From contig CAWDML010000008.1 of the NCBI GenBank assembly GCA_963803435.1, positions 192,001 through 256,000 of the forward strand: a stretch of DNA of 64,000 nucleotides. Direction: 5' to 3'. Below, piece by piece: positions 42,925 to 54,361 of this stretch (its first letter is position 1; every line of letters begins with the position of its first letter). This stretch comes from an uncultured delta proteobacterium (lineage in GTDB: Bacteria; Myxococcota; Kuafuiibacteriia; Kuafuiibacteriales; Kuafuiibacteriaceae). Under the pieces are notes generated by a model. That model saw only the letters and a program-made list of their open reading frames with translations, was not told the origin of the DNA and did no database searches. The position numbers and the translations under genes were made by a program.

Positions 42925-44336
42925 TCACGAGACACACGCTTCGCTACAAATACTCAGGCGAGTTCCGCGAGCTCCTCTCGCCGAACGACGGCAAGACGAT
43001 CGCCGAGGTGGAGATCGCCGGCCCGGAGATCGCCCTGGGGGCGCTCGCCACGCTCGACGACGCACGGCGCTCGGAGTACGGAGCGATGCCCGGGTACCGC
43101 CGCGCCGAGATCCTTGGCGAGGTCGCCCGGAAGATCCGGAGCCGCGCCGAGGAGCTGGCGGTCCTGATCGCGTCCGAGGGCGGCAAGCCGCTGAAGGACG
43201 CGCGCGTCGAGGTCGCGCGGGCCGCCAACACCACGCAGCTCTGCGCCGAGGAGGCCACCCGGATCGCCGGCGAGGCGATCGCCATGGACGGGAGCACCGC
43301 CGGCGCCGGTCGGACGGCGTTCGTCACCCGCGAGCCGATCGGGCTGGTCATGGCGATCAGCGCCTTCAACCACCCGCTCAACCTGATCGCGCACCAGGTC
43401 GGTCCGGCCCTCGCCGCCGGATGTCCGGTGCTGGTGAAACCGGCCTCCACGACGCCGCTTTCGGCCATCCTCTACGTCGACATGTGCATCGAGGCTGGCC
43501 TGCCCGAGAATGCCGCGATCGTGTTGCCGATGTCCGGACGGACGGCCGAGCAGGCCGCCTGCGATCAGCGGGTGCGGTTCATCTCCTTCATCGGGAGCGC
43601 GGCGGTCGGCTGGGGCCTGCGGCGCAAGATCGCCGATGGCACGCGCATCGCGCTCGAGCACGGCGGGACCGCGCCCGTGATCGTCGAGCCCGACGCGGAT
43701 CTCGACGACGCGCTCCCCAGGCTGGTGAAGGGCGGCTTCTATCACGCCGGGCAGGTCTGCGTTTCGGTGCAGCGGATCTACGCGCACCAGTCGATCGCGC
43801 CAGCGCTCGCGGAGCGCCTCAGCGAGGCCGCCAAGAAGCTGGTGGTGGGCGACGCCCGCGACGACACCACCGACGTGGGACCGATCATCACCACCGAGGA
43901 GCTGGCGCGCGTCGCGTCCTGGATCGACGCGGCGAAGGCCGAGGGCGCGCGCCTCCTGTGCGGCGGCGCCCGGACGCTCCACCAGCACTACCAGCCGACG
44001 GTCGCCTACGCGCCCAAGGAGTCGAGCCTGATCGTGAAGGAGGAGGTGTTCGGACCCGTCGTCGACGTGCTGCCGTACGCCACCTTCGACGAGGCGATCG
44101 CGCGCGCCAACGCCGGCCAGCATGCGTTCCAGTCCTCGATCTTCACGCGCGACGTATCACGTGCGCTGGCCGCGTCGAAGGCCCTCGACGCCACCGCCGT
44201 CATGGTCAACGACCACACCGCGTTCCGTGTCGACTGGATGCCCTTCGGCGGGCGCAAGCACAGCGGGCTCGGCCTGGGCGGCGTGAAGTATTCGATCCAC
44301 GAGATGACCGAGCCCAAGCTGATCGTGATGCGGTAA
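42921..44336 (+). CDS. Aldehyde dehydrogenase
   Basis: AFNHPLN, FIGS, LEHGG, GQVCVS, EEVFGP, PFGGRK. Confidence 0.93.
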   Translation: MITRHTLRYKYSGEFRELLSPNDGKTIAEVEIAGPEIALGALATLDDARRSEYGAMPGYRRAEILGEVARKIRSRAEELAVLIASEGGKPLKDARVEVARAANTTQLCAEEATRIAGEAIAMDGSTAGAGRTAFVTREPIGLVMAISAFNHPLNLIAHQVGPALAAGCPVLVKPASTTPLSAILYVDMCIEAGLPENAAIVLPMSGRTAEQAACDQRVRFISFIGSAAVGWGLRRKIADGTRIALEHGGTAPVIVEPDADLDDALPRLVKGGFYHAGQVCVSVQRIYAHQSIAPALAERLSEAAKKLVVGDARDDTTDVGPIITTEELARVASWIDAAKAEGARLLCGGARTLHQHYQPTVAYAPKESSLIVKEEVFGPVVDVLPYATFDEAIARANAGQHAFQSSIFTRDVSRALAASKALDATAVMVNDHTAFRVDWMPFGGRKHSGLGLGGVKYSIHEMTEPKLIVMR

Positions 44337-44341
44337 GACCG

Positions 44342-44584
44342 CTACTCCTTGACCTTCAGCTTGTCCTTGTTCTCCTCGATGAAGGCGCGGATGTCCTCCG
44401 CCATGTCGAGCAGCTTCGTCCACTGCTCTTGGTAGAGCGTCACCGGAAACCGCCCCAGGCCGTACACGGAGACGCCGCCCTTCTCGCTCACCTTGATCGA
44501 TACGCTCCGGCCGGAGCGCTTCTTGAGCTTCTCGTTCTCTTCGCGGAGCCGCTTGAGCTCTGCCTCCATGTCTTCGTTGCTCAT
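44342..44584 (-). CDS. Small conserved-looking protein (80 aa)
   Basis: Coiled coil followed by KVSEKGGVSVYGLGRFPVTLYQEQW. Confidence 0.85.
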   Translation of the reverse strand: MSNEDMEAELKRLREENEKLKKRSGRSVSIKVSEKGGVSVYGLGRFPVTLYQEQWTKLLDMAEDIRAFIEENKDKLKVKE

Positions 44585-44662
44585 GGGCGAAGCGTCGTTT
44601 GCGCCCTGGCGGCCGTCAAGGCTTGACCAGTGCGATCCGCGGGGTACAGTGGCCGTCCGACG

Positions 44663-46078
44663 ATGGTCCGCCTGCCCATCATTGCGCCCGCCCAGCCCGA
44701 GATCGAGCAGGCGTTCAGCCCGCTCGCGTATCAGGCCAGCCTGTCGCCGCGGCGGGTGTACATCGACACGTTCGGCTGCCAGATGAACCACCACGACTCG
44801 CAGCGCATGGTCAGCATGATGGCGGCCGAGGGCTACCTGCCGACCGACGCGCCCGACGACGCCGACCTGGTCATCATCAACTCCTGCAGCGTCCGGGAGA
44901 AGGCCGAGCACAAGCTCCTCTCCCGGGCCGGCCAGATGAAGCGCTTCAAGCGTACGAACCCGAAGATGATCCTGGCGCTGGGGGGCTGCGTGGCTCAGCA
45001 GGAGGGCGAGGCGCTGCTGGCTCGCGTCGCGCACGCCGACATCGTGTTCGGTCCCGATCACCTGTCGCAGCTCCCCGAGATGATCCACCAGGTCGAGGCG
45101 GATCGGATCCGGATCCACAACACGGAGTTCCTGGAGCCGTCAGACTACCGCTTCCCTCCGATCAGCGATGGTGCGCCCCGCGAGGTGAGCGCGTACGTGA
45201 GCGTGATGAAGGGCTGCGACAAGTTCTGCTCCTTCTGCATCGTCCCGTTCACGCGCGGGCGGGAGGTCAGCCGATCCGCCGCCGAGATCCTCGACGAGAT
45301 TCGGAGGCTGGCTGCCAACGGCACCAGGGAGGTCGTGCTCCTGGGCCAGACGGTGAACAGCTACGGCAGGAAGCGCCACGACGGCCAGATCCCGTTCTCC
45401 GAGCTCCTCCACCGGGTCGCCGAGATCGAGGGCATCGAGCGGATCCGCTTCACGTCGCCGCACCCCTCCGACTTCACCGAGGATCAGATCCTCGCCTACC
45501 GAGAGCTCCCGAAGCTCTGCCCGCACATGCATCTGCCGGTGCAGTCGGGCAGCGACGACGTCCTCCGCGCGATGCGCCGGGGCTACACGCGGCGCGAGTA
45601 TCTCGACATCGTGGCGCGCCTCCGCGAGGTCGCGCCCGAGGTCGCGCTCACCACCGACGTCATCGTCGGCTTCCCTGGCGAGGGCGAGAAGGACTTCGAG
45701 GCCACGCTCTCCCTGCTCGAGCAGGTCCGCTTTCAGGGCGCGTTCTCCTTCGCATACAGCGAGCGCGTCGGCACGCGTGCGCTCAAGATCGAGCCTGCGC
45801 TGCCCGAGGAGGTCCGCTTCGATCGGCTCCGGCGCCTCCAGGTGCTCCAGGATCGGATCACGCACGAGTGGCTGCAGGTCATGGTCGGTCAGACGCACCG
45901 CGTGTTGATTGAGGGACCGTCGAAGACCGACCCGACCCGCAGCACCGGCCGGACCGGCGCCAACCGCCCCGTCCACGTCCAGGGACGATTCGAGCCGGGG
46001 ACGATGCTGGACGTGAGCATGATCGAGGCCTACAAGCACTCGCTCCTCGGAGCGGTGGCCGGAGTCGTGGAGGCCTGA
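44663..46078 (+). CDS. miaB: tRNA-2-methylthio-i6A37 synthase MiaB
   Basis: TFGCQMN, NSCSVREKAE, GCVAQ, GCDKFCSFC, LLGQTVNSY, HLPVQSGS, TRAM domain. Confidence 0.96.
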   Translation: MVRLPIIAPAQPEIEQAFSPLAYQASLSPRRVYIDTFGCQMNHHDSQRMVSMMAAEGYLPTDAPDDADLVIINSCSVREKAEHKLLSRAGQMKRFKRTNPKMILALGGCVAQQEGEALLARVAHADIVFGPDHLSQLPEMIHQVEADRIRIHNTEFLEPSDYRFPPISDGAPREVSAYVSVMKGCDKFCSFCIVPFTRGREVSRSAAEILDEIRRLAANGTREVVLLGQTVNSYGRKRHDGQIPFSELLHRVAEIEGIERIRFTSPHPSDFTEDQILAYRELPKLCPHMHLPVQSGSDDVLRAMRRGYTRREYLDIVARLREVAPEVALTTDVIVGFPGEGEKDFEATLSLLEQVRFQGAFSFAYSERVGTRALKIEPALPEEVRFDRLRRLQVLQDRITHEWLQVMVGQTHRVLIEGPSKTDPTRSTGRTGANRPVHVQGRFEPGTMLDVSMIEAYKHSLLGAVAGVVEA

Positions 46079-46605
46079 TGCCGCTCCTCCCGTTCGAGGA
46101 GGCGTTCCCGAAGGTCGCCGAGGACGTCTTTCTCGCCCCGGGCGCGCACGTGATCGGCGACGTCGAGATCGGGCCGAAGAGCTCGGTATGGTTCGGCGCG
46201 GTGATCCGCGGCGACGTCTTCCACATCCGCATCGGCGAGGGTTCGAACGTCCAGGACAACACGGTCATCCACGTCACCACGGATCGCCACGCGACGATCG
46301 TCGGCAACCACGTCACCATCGGACACTCCGCGATCCTCCACGGCTGCACGATCCATGACGGCGCCCTGATCGGGATGGGCGCGCTGGTGATGGATCGCGC
46401 CATCGTCGGCGCCGGCGCGCTGATCGGCGCGGGATCGCTCGTCAGCGAGGGGACCGAGATCCCACCCGGTATGCTCGCGTTCGGCCGGCCGGCTCGCCCC
46501 GTCCGCGCCCTCTCGGCGGAGGAGGCGGAGCGGGTGCGGTGGTCCAGCGGACACTACGCGGACCTCGCGCACGCCTATCTCGTGCGAATTGGACGCGGAC
46601 ACTGA
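46078..46605 (+). CDS. Gamma-carbonic anhydrase family hexapeptide-repeat protein
   Basis: IRGDV, NVQDNTVIH, TIGHSAILHGC. Confidence 0.92.
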   Translation: MPLLPFEEAFPKVAEDVFLAPGAHVIGDVEIGPKSSVWFGAVIRGDVFHIRIGEGSNVQDNTVIHVTTDRHATIVGNHVTIGHSAILHGCTIHDGALIGMGALVMDRAIVGAGALIGAGSLVSEGTEIPPGMLAFGRPARPVRALSAEEAERVRWSSGHYADLAHAYLVRIGRGH

Positions 46606-46769
46606 CTTGCCCGAAATATCTTCGCCTGCTAGACGACTCCCGATGACGTCGCGGAACTCTGGCTCTTCCAACGAGCCAGGGGTGGGAAGGCCGGGGAGGA
46701 TGGCTTTCGCAGGCGAGGCGATCGTGCTTTGAACTACAGGAGCCGAGGGCGTTTCCGCGGCGTCGTCCC

Positions 46770-47246
46770 ATGTCGGTGAACCCGGACATCCAACGGATCC
46801 TCAAGAGCACGCCGCTCTTGAAGAACTTCACGGACACCGGCCTCGCCATCGTCGCCTCGGTCGCCCAGGCGAAGCAGGTCCCCGCCGGCACTCCGCTCTT
46901 CGTCGAGAACATGATCGGCGACGGCCTCTACGTCATCGCCGTGGGGCGCATTCGACTCTCGGTGCGCGGCCCCAGCGGACAGGACCTGATGCTCGCGAGC
47001 CTCGGTCCCGGCGAGTCGCTCGGCGAAGCGGCGTTGCTGCGCGCGGGCCCGCGGCTCTGCTCGGCGACCGCCGAGGTGCCGTCGAGCGTCATCGAGATCA
47101 CGCGCCGAGACATCGCGATGCTCCAGCGGAGCAAACCGCAGGCGTGTCTCAAGCTGATGATGGGCGTCGTCGATCTGGTCGGGGAGCGGCTCCACGCCGC
47201 CGAGCCGGACGTTCGGCAGTTTCTCGCCTGGCGGATCGGCCTGTAG
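46770..47246 (+). CDS. Stand-alone cyclic-nucleotide-binding domain protein
   Basis: LYVIAVGRI, GESLGEAALL..R..SATA. Confidence 0.88.
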   Translation: MSVNPDIQRILKSTPLLKNFTDTGLAIVASVAQAKQVPAGTPLFVENMIGDGLYVIAVGRIRLSVRGPSGQDLMLASLGPGESLGEAALLRAGPRLCSATAEVPSSVIEITRRDIAMLQRSKPQACLKLMMGVVDLVGERLHAAEPDVRQFLAWRIGL

Positions 47247-47265
47247 TACCGTCGAGACCGGTCGC

Positions 47266-48165
47266 ATGACCGACGCCTACACCCCGCTCGACGCCCGGAT
47301 CGACGCCTACCTCACCCATCTGCGGGTGGAACGCAGCCTCGCCGACAACACTCTCGAGGCCTACGGGCGCGACCTGGCCGACTTCGCCGGCGCCATGATC
47401 GAGCAGGGGCTCGCCGACGCGCCGGCGATCCAGACCGAGCATGTCTCGGATTGGGTCCGTGGTCTCGCCGAGGCCGGGCTCGAGCCGAGCACGCAGGCGC
47501 GCATGCTGGTGGCTGTCCGCGGCCTCTACAAACACCTGCTGCGGGAGCGCGCCGTCTCCGAGGATCCATCCCGCCTCGTCGATCTGCCGAAGCCGAAGCG
47601 ACGGCTGCCCGAGACCCTCTCGTACGAGGAGGTGATCCGGCTGCTGGTGGCCGCCGCCGAGAACCATCGAGATCGCGCGATCATCGCGCTCCTGTACGGA
47701 GCCGGCTTGCGCGTGAGCGAAGTGATCCATCTCGAGATGAGTCAGATCCACCTGGAGGCCGGGCTCATCCGCGTCCGAGGCAAAGGGGACAAGGAGCGGG
47801 CCGTGCCGATCGGGACACAGGTGATCGATCACGTGCAGCGCTATCTCGACCTCGAGCGCAGCGCGCGTCTCCGCGGCCGCATCAGTGAGCTGATCTTCCC
47901 AGGAAGGGGCCGCTCAGGGGTGTATACCCGTCAGGCTGTGTTCGCGATGCTCCGCCGTCTCGCGGAGCGCGCGTCGATCGGTCGAGAGATCTCGCCGCAT
48001 CGCCTGCGTCACGCGTTCGCGACGCACCTGGTCCAAGGCGGCGCGGACCTGCGCGCCGTCCAAGCGATGCTCGGGCACGCTGACCTTCGCACCACCGAGG
48101 TCTACACCCACGTCGACGACGAACACCTCCGGACGACCTACGACCGCACCCACCCGCGCAGTTAG
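47266..48165 (+). CDS. xerD: Site-specific tyrosine recombinase XerD
   Basis: NTLEAYGRD, GLRVSE, GKGDKER, SPHRLRHAFATH, MLGH, TTEVYTH. Confidence 0.9.
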   Translation: MTDAYTPLDARIDAYLTHLRVERSLADNTLEAYGRDLADFAGAMIEQGLADAPAIQTEHVSDWVRGLAEAGLEPSTQARMLVAVRGLYKHLLRERAVSEDPSRLVDLPKPKRRLPETLSYEEVIRLLVAAAENHRDRAIIALLYGAGLRVSEVIHLEMSQIHLEAGLIRVRGKGDKERAVPIGTQVIDHVQRYLDLERSARLRGRISELIFPGRGRSGVYTRQAVFAMLRRLAERASIGREISPHRLRHAFATHLVQGGADLRAVQAMLGHADLRTTEVYTHVDDEHLRTTYDRTHPRS

Positions 48166-48273
48166 GCACCGTGGAGTGTTCTGTAACACGTGTCTCGCGG
48201 CCTTCTCGGATTGTGATGCCTCAACAGACGAGCTAGATTGGCCCCCGGAGGCCGCGCCTCCACGAGACGGACG

Positions 48274-48747
48274 ATGATGAAGGCAATCGCCCACGAGCTC
48301 AGCCCCGAGCACCTCACGCAGGAGTTCATCGACCTCCTATTGGACGAAGCGGAGCGTGCGCTGTTGGATGTCGAAGCTCGAACCGACGAGCCCGATCGTC
48401 GGATCGCCTCCGTCGAAGCCGATCCTCCCGGGGTCGCCGAGCTTCGGCTCGCGATCGCCGAGCTGGCCGACCGCTTTCCCGGGATTCATTACGATCTCGA
48501 GTCGATCGGTGAACGCCTTCGCAATGTTGGAGCGACCGCGGCCGCCAGGGAGCTGGAGTCGCACCCCCACGTCACGCACCTCGTCCGACTCTCCCTCGAG
48601 GTCTTTTTCCGGCAGTACGCGAGCGTCGAGTCCTACGATGCCGAGTGCAATCGAAACGATGACGTTGAGGAGGAGGGCCAGACGCCCTCGGAGCTGTACG
48701 AAGCGTACGGACAGCTGCTTCAGATCCTCAAGAGCCGACTCAGCTGA
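48274..48747 (+). CDS. Acidic hypothetical protein
   Basis: Open frame with plausible codon bias. Confidence 0.6.
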   Translation: MMKAIAHELSPEHLTQEFIDLLLDEAERALLDVEARTDEPDRRIASVEADPPGVAELRLAIAELADRFPGIHYDLESIGERLRNVGATAAARELESHPHVTHLVRLSLEVFFRQYASVESYDAECNRNDDVEEEGQTPSELYEAYGQLLQILKSRLS

Positions 48748-48753
48748 CCGACT

Positions 48754-50124
<1,371 letters not shown>

Positions 50125-50159
50125 GCGTCCACTCCTTCTGACGTTCAACCGCGCACGTC

Positions 50160-50672
50160 TCAGCTCTCTTCCGGACCGTCGCGCGGGGTCGGATCCGGCC
50201 GCGGCTGGGGCGGGGGCACGTTCACGTCGGCCATGATGGAATCGGAGCGGGGCGAGGGCGTCTCCGGGGTCGCCGGCGCGGCGTAGCGCTGGATCTTGGC
50301 CCTGAAGACGAACTCCGTCTTTCCGATCTTGAAGGTGTCGCCGTCGAGCAGGTTCAGCCGCCGCACCGTGCGGCCCTCGAAGGTGATCCCGTTCTTCGAC
50401 TCGAGGTCCTTGAGCTGGAAGTAACCCCAATCGTCCGCGCTCAGCACCGCATGCCGGCGCGAGACGAGATCGTCGTCGAGGGCCAGGTCGACCTCGGCCG
50501 CCAGGCGTCCGATCAAGAAGTCGTTCTTCTCGATGGCGATCTCGACCTCGGGCACGTCCGGCCGGCGCACGATGAGCTTGGCCTCGGCGCGCACGAGATC
50601 GAACGGCTGCACGTCCTCGGTGGCTTGGTACTTCGCCGTTGGGGCGCCGCCTCCCGTTCCCATCGGGAGCAT
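50160..50672 (-). CDS. FHA domain protein
   Basis: GGAGG RBS; IGR..VSRRHA..SKNG. Confidence 0.88.
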   Translation of the reverse strand: MLPMGTGGGAPTAKYQATEDVQPFDLVRAEAKLIVRRPDVPEVEIAIEKNDFLIGRLAAEVDLALDDDLVSRRHAVLSADDWGYFQLKDLESKNGITFEGRTVRRLNLLDGDTFKIGKTEFVFRAKIQRYAAPATPETPSPRSDSIMADVNVPPPQPRPDPTPRDGPEES

Positions 50673-50771
50673 CTTACCTCCATTGGGCGGCGGACAGCAC
50701 GGCCAACCAAGGCCGGGTTGCGGCTGCGCGTCATGGTTGACAGGAGGCTTCGGAGCCTCTGCGATGAGGCG

Positions 50772-51842
50772 GTGCACTCCTACCAGAGGGCGGGCGTTCT
50801 TCGCGCAGGGCGAGTCGCGCTCGTCCTGTGGGCGGGGCTCTCGATCGCGGCCCGGCCCTATCACGACACCAAGGAGCGGTTCAGCCTCGAGCTCGCCCCG
50901 GGATGGGAGATGGCGCCGCAGTTCGGCGACACGCTGGGCATGGTCTTCAAGAAGCTGCTCGGGCGGCGCTCGCAAGCGATGGCCCTGTTCATGGTGCGGG
51001 TGGCACCGCCCGGGACGGCGGGCTCACGGACGTTCGCGGACGCGACCGAGCAGGTGTTTGCGTCGCAGCCCGGGTTCCGGGCGCTGGGGGAGTCGCGGGC
51101 GCGCATCGGCGGCCAGTCCGGCTTCGTGCGTCGCTACCAGGTGCAACTCGATCGCAGCTCGCCGATCAAGAAGCAGATCGACGCCTACTTTCTCGAGTCG
51201 TCGAACAACGTCTATCTGATCCACGTCGAGACCACGGTGTCGGCGCGCGCGCGCATCGACGCCGACGTGACGGCGATGCTCGCCTCGTTTCGACCGGGAG
51301 GCGCCGCCCCCAACGACGCGCCCCCGCCCGCCGGCGTCCCGGCTGCCCGCGCGGTGGCGGGCCGTTGGATCAACGACGACGGTCTCATCCTGGTCCTGGA
51401 CTCCGACGGCACCTTCGCGCTCGCCGAGGTCGGCGGACATTACGAGGCCACCGCGGACACGCTCACGCTGATCATCCCCAACAAGGGTCGCGAGTCGTTC
51501 ACGTACGTCCTCGCCGCGCGGACGCTGACCCTTCGCTCGCCCAACCTGCCCACCCCGATGACCTATCGTCGTGTGGAGGAAGGGGCGAAGCATCGCACTG
51601 CGACCGACCTGGTGGGCGCGTGGAAGACCGTGGGGACGCCCCGAGCCGTCTCGCTCGAGCTCAAGAACACCGGCCGGTTCGTGATGGGGGAGTTCGAGGG
51701 GAAGTGGCGCTACGAGGACGGTCGTCTTCACCTCGAGCGCAGCCCCAGTGAGGTGATTACTTACGACGCGAAGCTCGACGGGGATCGCTTGATCCTCGCA
51801 GGTGCGGATCTGGATCGGCCCATCGCGCTCAAGCGCAGGTGA
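50772..51842 (+). CDS. Exported protein (PsbP-like N-domain plus two lipocalin-like beta domains)
   Basis: FSLELAPGW, VAGRW, LVGAW patterns; start uncertain. Confidence 0.6.
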   Translation: MHSYQRAGVLRAGRVALVLWAGLSIAARPYHDTKERFSLELAPGWEMAPQFGDTLGMVFKKLLGRRSQAMALFMVRVAPPGTAGSRTFADATEQVFASQPGFRALGESRARIGGQSGFVRRYQVQLDRSSPIKKQIDAYFLESSNNVYLIHVETTVSARARIDADVTAMLASFRPGGAAPNDAPPPAGVPAARAVAGRWINDDGLILVLDSDGTFALAEVGGHYEATADTLTLIIPNKGRESFTYVLAARTLTLRSPNLPTPMTYRRVEEGAKHRTATDLVGAWKTVGTPRAVSLELKNTGRFVMGEFEGKWRYEDGRLHLERSPSEVITYDAKLDGDRLILAGADLDRPIALKRR

Positions 51843-54361
51843 GGGCAGTATGCGGGGTGGTGGTGGGCTCCACCCTGAAGCGGCTGCGCGTTCGCCTCAG
51901 GGCGACCGATCCGGACAGTCTCGCAGAAACGTTCGGAGCGAACGTCTACGAGAGCGGCGTGTTTCTCAAGTCGAAGCAGCTCCTTCCCATCGGTACGCCG
52001 ATCCTGTTCGAGCTCCTGTATCAGAGCGGCAAGCTGGCCCTGCGGGGCCGCGGTCGGGTGGAGTCCGTCAGCACCGATCCGGGGGCGTCGGGGATGAACC
52101 TCGCGCTCGAGTGGCTCGACGAATCCGTGGTGCTCGCCCGCTGGGTGGTGGAGCGCAGCGCCCCCGACGCGAGCGATCCCTTCGAGGACGTCACGGTCTA
52201 CGCCGGCGACGGCCCCCCGGAGCGATGGCTGCAGCGGGAGCACGCCGACGAGCCCGAACAGGGCGAAGCACCGGGCGAGCGGTCGGCGGATCCGGAGGCG
52301 CTGATCGCGCCCGCCTTGCCGGACGGGGTCCGGATCGTCCCGGGCCAGGTGATCGGCTCGGTCCACTACCTCCCGATGGACGCACGCATGCCGCTGGCGG
52401 TGCCCCTCGGTGGCGCCCCGACGCCCCCACCGCCGCCGGTGCTCGACGACGCGCCGCTCTTGGGCCAGCGGCCCGGGGCCCAGGACTCGTGGGATTCGGT
52501 GTCGGATTCGATCGCGGCACCGGCTCCGCCGCCTCGGCCCGTGTCCGACCCCCGGAGCGATCCCGATGAGGCCGCGATGGAGGACGCGTTCGAGGAGCCG
52601 GAGGACTGGGGCTCCTCGCTGTACGCGCAGCGCACGGGCATGCGCGAGCCAGGTGAGGTCACACCGCTCGCGCGCATCGAGCTGATCCGTCCGCCGCCGG
52701 CGCCCGAGCTGCGCACCGGAGACATCGAGCCGCTCGTCGAGGACGAGGCGCAGGCCGCGCACGCCACCGCCATCCCGTCCAAGAGATCGCCCTCGCGAAT
52801 GCCGCCGCCCACGAGCGCGATCATGGGGATCGACTTCGGCACCGTGAACACGCGGGCCGCGGTACCGGTGCGGAAGGGCCGGCCGCGGATCATCCCGTCG
52901 CGCCGAGGGACGGACGCGACGCCCTCGGTCGTGATGATCCGGGACAGCGGCAAGACGACGGTCGGCGAGCCGGCGCTGAGGAAGCTCCCCGCCCATCCGC
53001 AGCACGGGGTTCAGGAGGCGCGCCGGCTGATCGGGCTGCCGTTCGCGCCGGACCGGCCGCAGGGCGCGCTCCCGACAACGTGGTGCCAGCTCGTTCCGGG
53101 AGACGAGGGCGAGACGGCCGTGCGCGTCGGTCCCTACGATGTCTCCGTCGAGGAGGTCGCTGCCCTCTTGCTCAAGGAGGTGCGCGAGAGCGCGTTGATG
53201 GCGCTCGAGCAGCGCGTGAACCGGGCGGTGCTCACCTGCCCGATCGCCTTCGGCGTTCGCCAGCGCCAGGCGTTGTGCTTGGCCGCGCGGCTGGCCGGCA
53301 TCTACGTGGACCGGTTGATCTCCGAGCCCACCGCGATCGTGGCGCACGCGATGGCCGAGCGACCCGGTGCGACCGGGAAGGTCTTCGTGTACCGCCTCGG
53401 CGGCGGGACCTTCGACGCTTCGATCGTCGAGGTCGGTCGCGATCGGATGGAGGTGCTGGGGACCGAGAGCGAGCTGTTCCTCGGCGGTGTCGACTTCGAC
53501 GCCGGGCTCGGCACGCTGATCGCCGACGAGGTCGAGCGCATCAGCGGCATGTCGCCCAAGAGCAGCGCGTCCCGGATGGCCTCGGTGCTGGACGCGGCGC
53601 GGACGGCCAAGCAGCTGCTCTCGATCCAAGGTCGCGCCAGCGTGCTGGTGGAAGCGCCCGCGGGTACCGAGGCCTCGTTCCAGGTGGAGGTCGACATCTC
53701 GCGCGAGCAGGCCGAGCTGATCTGGGCGCCGCTGGTCGATCGAACGATCGCGCTCTCGGAGCGCTTGCTGGAGTCTGCGGGGCTCACCGCCCAGCACATC
53801 GAAGGGGTCCTGCTGGCCGGCGGGCAGACGCGAACGCCTCTCGTTCAACGGCGGGTGCGGGCCCTGCTGGGACGGGATCCGATCGAGATGGATCCGGAGC
53901 ACGCGGCCGTGCTCGGCGCGGCCGAAGTGGCGGCGCGGATCGGCACCGACCGCGAGCTCTCTATCCGCGAGTCGCTCTCGCTCTCGCTCTTCGCGGCCGA
54001 GCAGGACACGCCGCTCGACCTGGTGCTGAGGAGCGGGGAGCCGCTGCCCACTCAGGCCGTGATCACGGTAAAGAGCGACGAAACCATGCTGTGCGAGGGC
54101 CTGGACGCGGAGTCCGTCGAGCTGATCGGGCTGGTGCGGACAGACCCGTGCGCGGGCGCGACCGCCGTCAAGTTCGACGTCTCGCCTGAAGGTCTGCTAT
54201 CAGTGACGGCGATGGACCTCGCGTCGGGACGCACGCTCGCGGCGGAGCTCGTGACCGATCTCTCTCGGCTCGAGGGTGCGCAGCCTCGCGACGAAGATCG
54301 CGGATTGTTCGGCTGGATCAGGAAGCGGTTCAAGGCGAGCCGGGCCAGCGCCGAGAAATGA
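51839..54361 (+). CDS. PilZ-like domain / Pro-rich linker / Hsp70-family protein
   Basis: N-terminal NVYESGVFLKS..GMNL; GIDFGT, TPSVV, EPTA, LGGGTFDASI, LGGVDFD, LAGGQTRTP. Confidence 0.85.
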   Translation: MRAVCGVVVGSTLKRLRVRLRATDPDSLAETFGANVYESGVFLKSKQLLPIGTPILFELLYQSGKLALRGRGRVESVSTDPGASGMNLALEWLDESVVLARWVVERSAPDASDPFEDVTVYAGDGPPERWLQREHADEPEQGEAPGERSADPEALIAPALPDGVRIVPGQVIGSVHYLPMDARMPLAVPLGGAPTPPPPPVLDDAPLLGQRPGAQDSWDSVSDSIAAPAPPPRPVSDPRSDPDEAAMEDAFEEPEDWGSSLYAQRTGMREPGEVTPLARIELIRPPPAPELRTGDIEPLVEDEAQAAHATAIPSKRSPSRMPPPTSAIMGIDFGTVNTRAAVPVRKGRPRIIPSRRGTDATPSVVMIRDSGKTTVGEPALRKLPAHPQHGVQEARRLIGLPFAPDRPQGALPTTWCQLVPGDEGETAVRVGPYDVSVEEVAALLLKEVRESALMALEQRVNRAVLTCPIAFGVRQRQALCLAARLAGIYVDRLISEPTAIVAHAMAERPGATGKVFVYRLGGGTFDASIVEVGRDRMEVLGTESELFLGGVDFDAGLGTLIADEVERISGMSPKSSASRMASVLDAARTAKQLLSIQGRASVLVEAPAGTEASFQVEVDISREQAELIWAPLVDRTIALSERLLESAGLTAQHIEGVLLAGGQTRTPLVQRRVRALLGRDPIEMDPEHAAVLGAAEVAARIGTDRELSIRESLSLSLFAAEQDTPLDLVLRSGEPLPTQAVITVKSDETMLCEGLDAESVELIGLVRTDPCAGATAVKFDVSPEGLLSVTAMDLASGRTLAAELVTDLSRLEGAQPRDEDRGLFGWIRKRFKASRASAEK

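Noticed and set aside
46670-46700. GAGCCAGG/GGGAAGG motifs as a cobalamin riboswitch
   Set aside because: Motif order is reversed, core elements are missing, and downstream genes are unrelated
48176-48189. Palindrome GTGTT-CTGT-AACAC after xerD as a dif or att site
   Set aside because: Does not match the 28-bp dif architecture; xerD sits in housekeeping context with no island boundary
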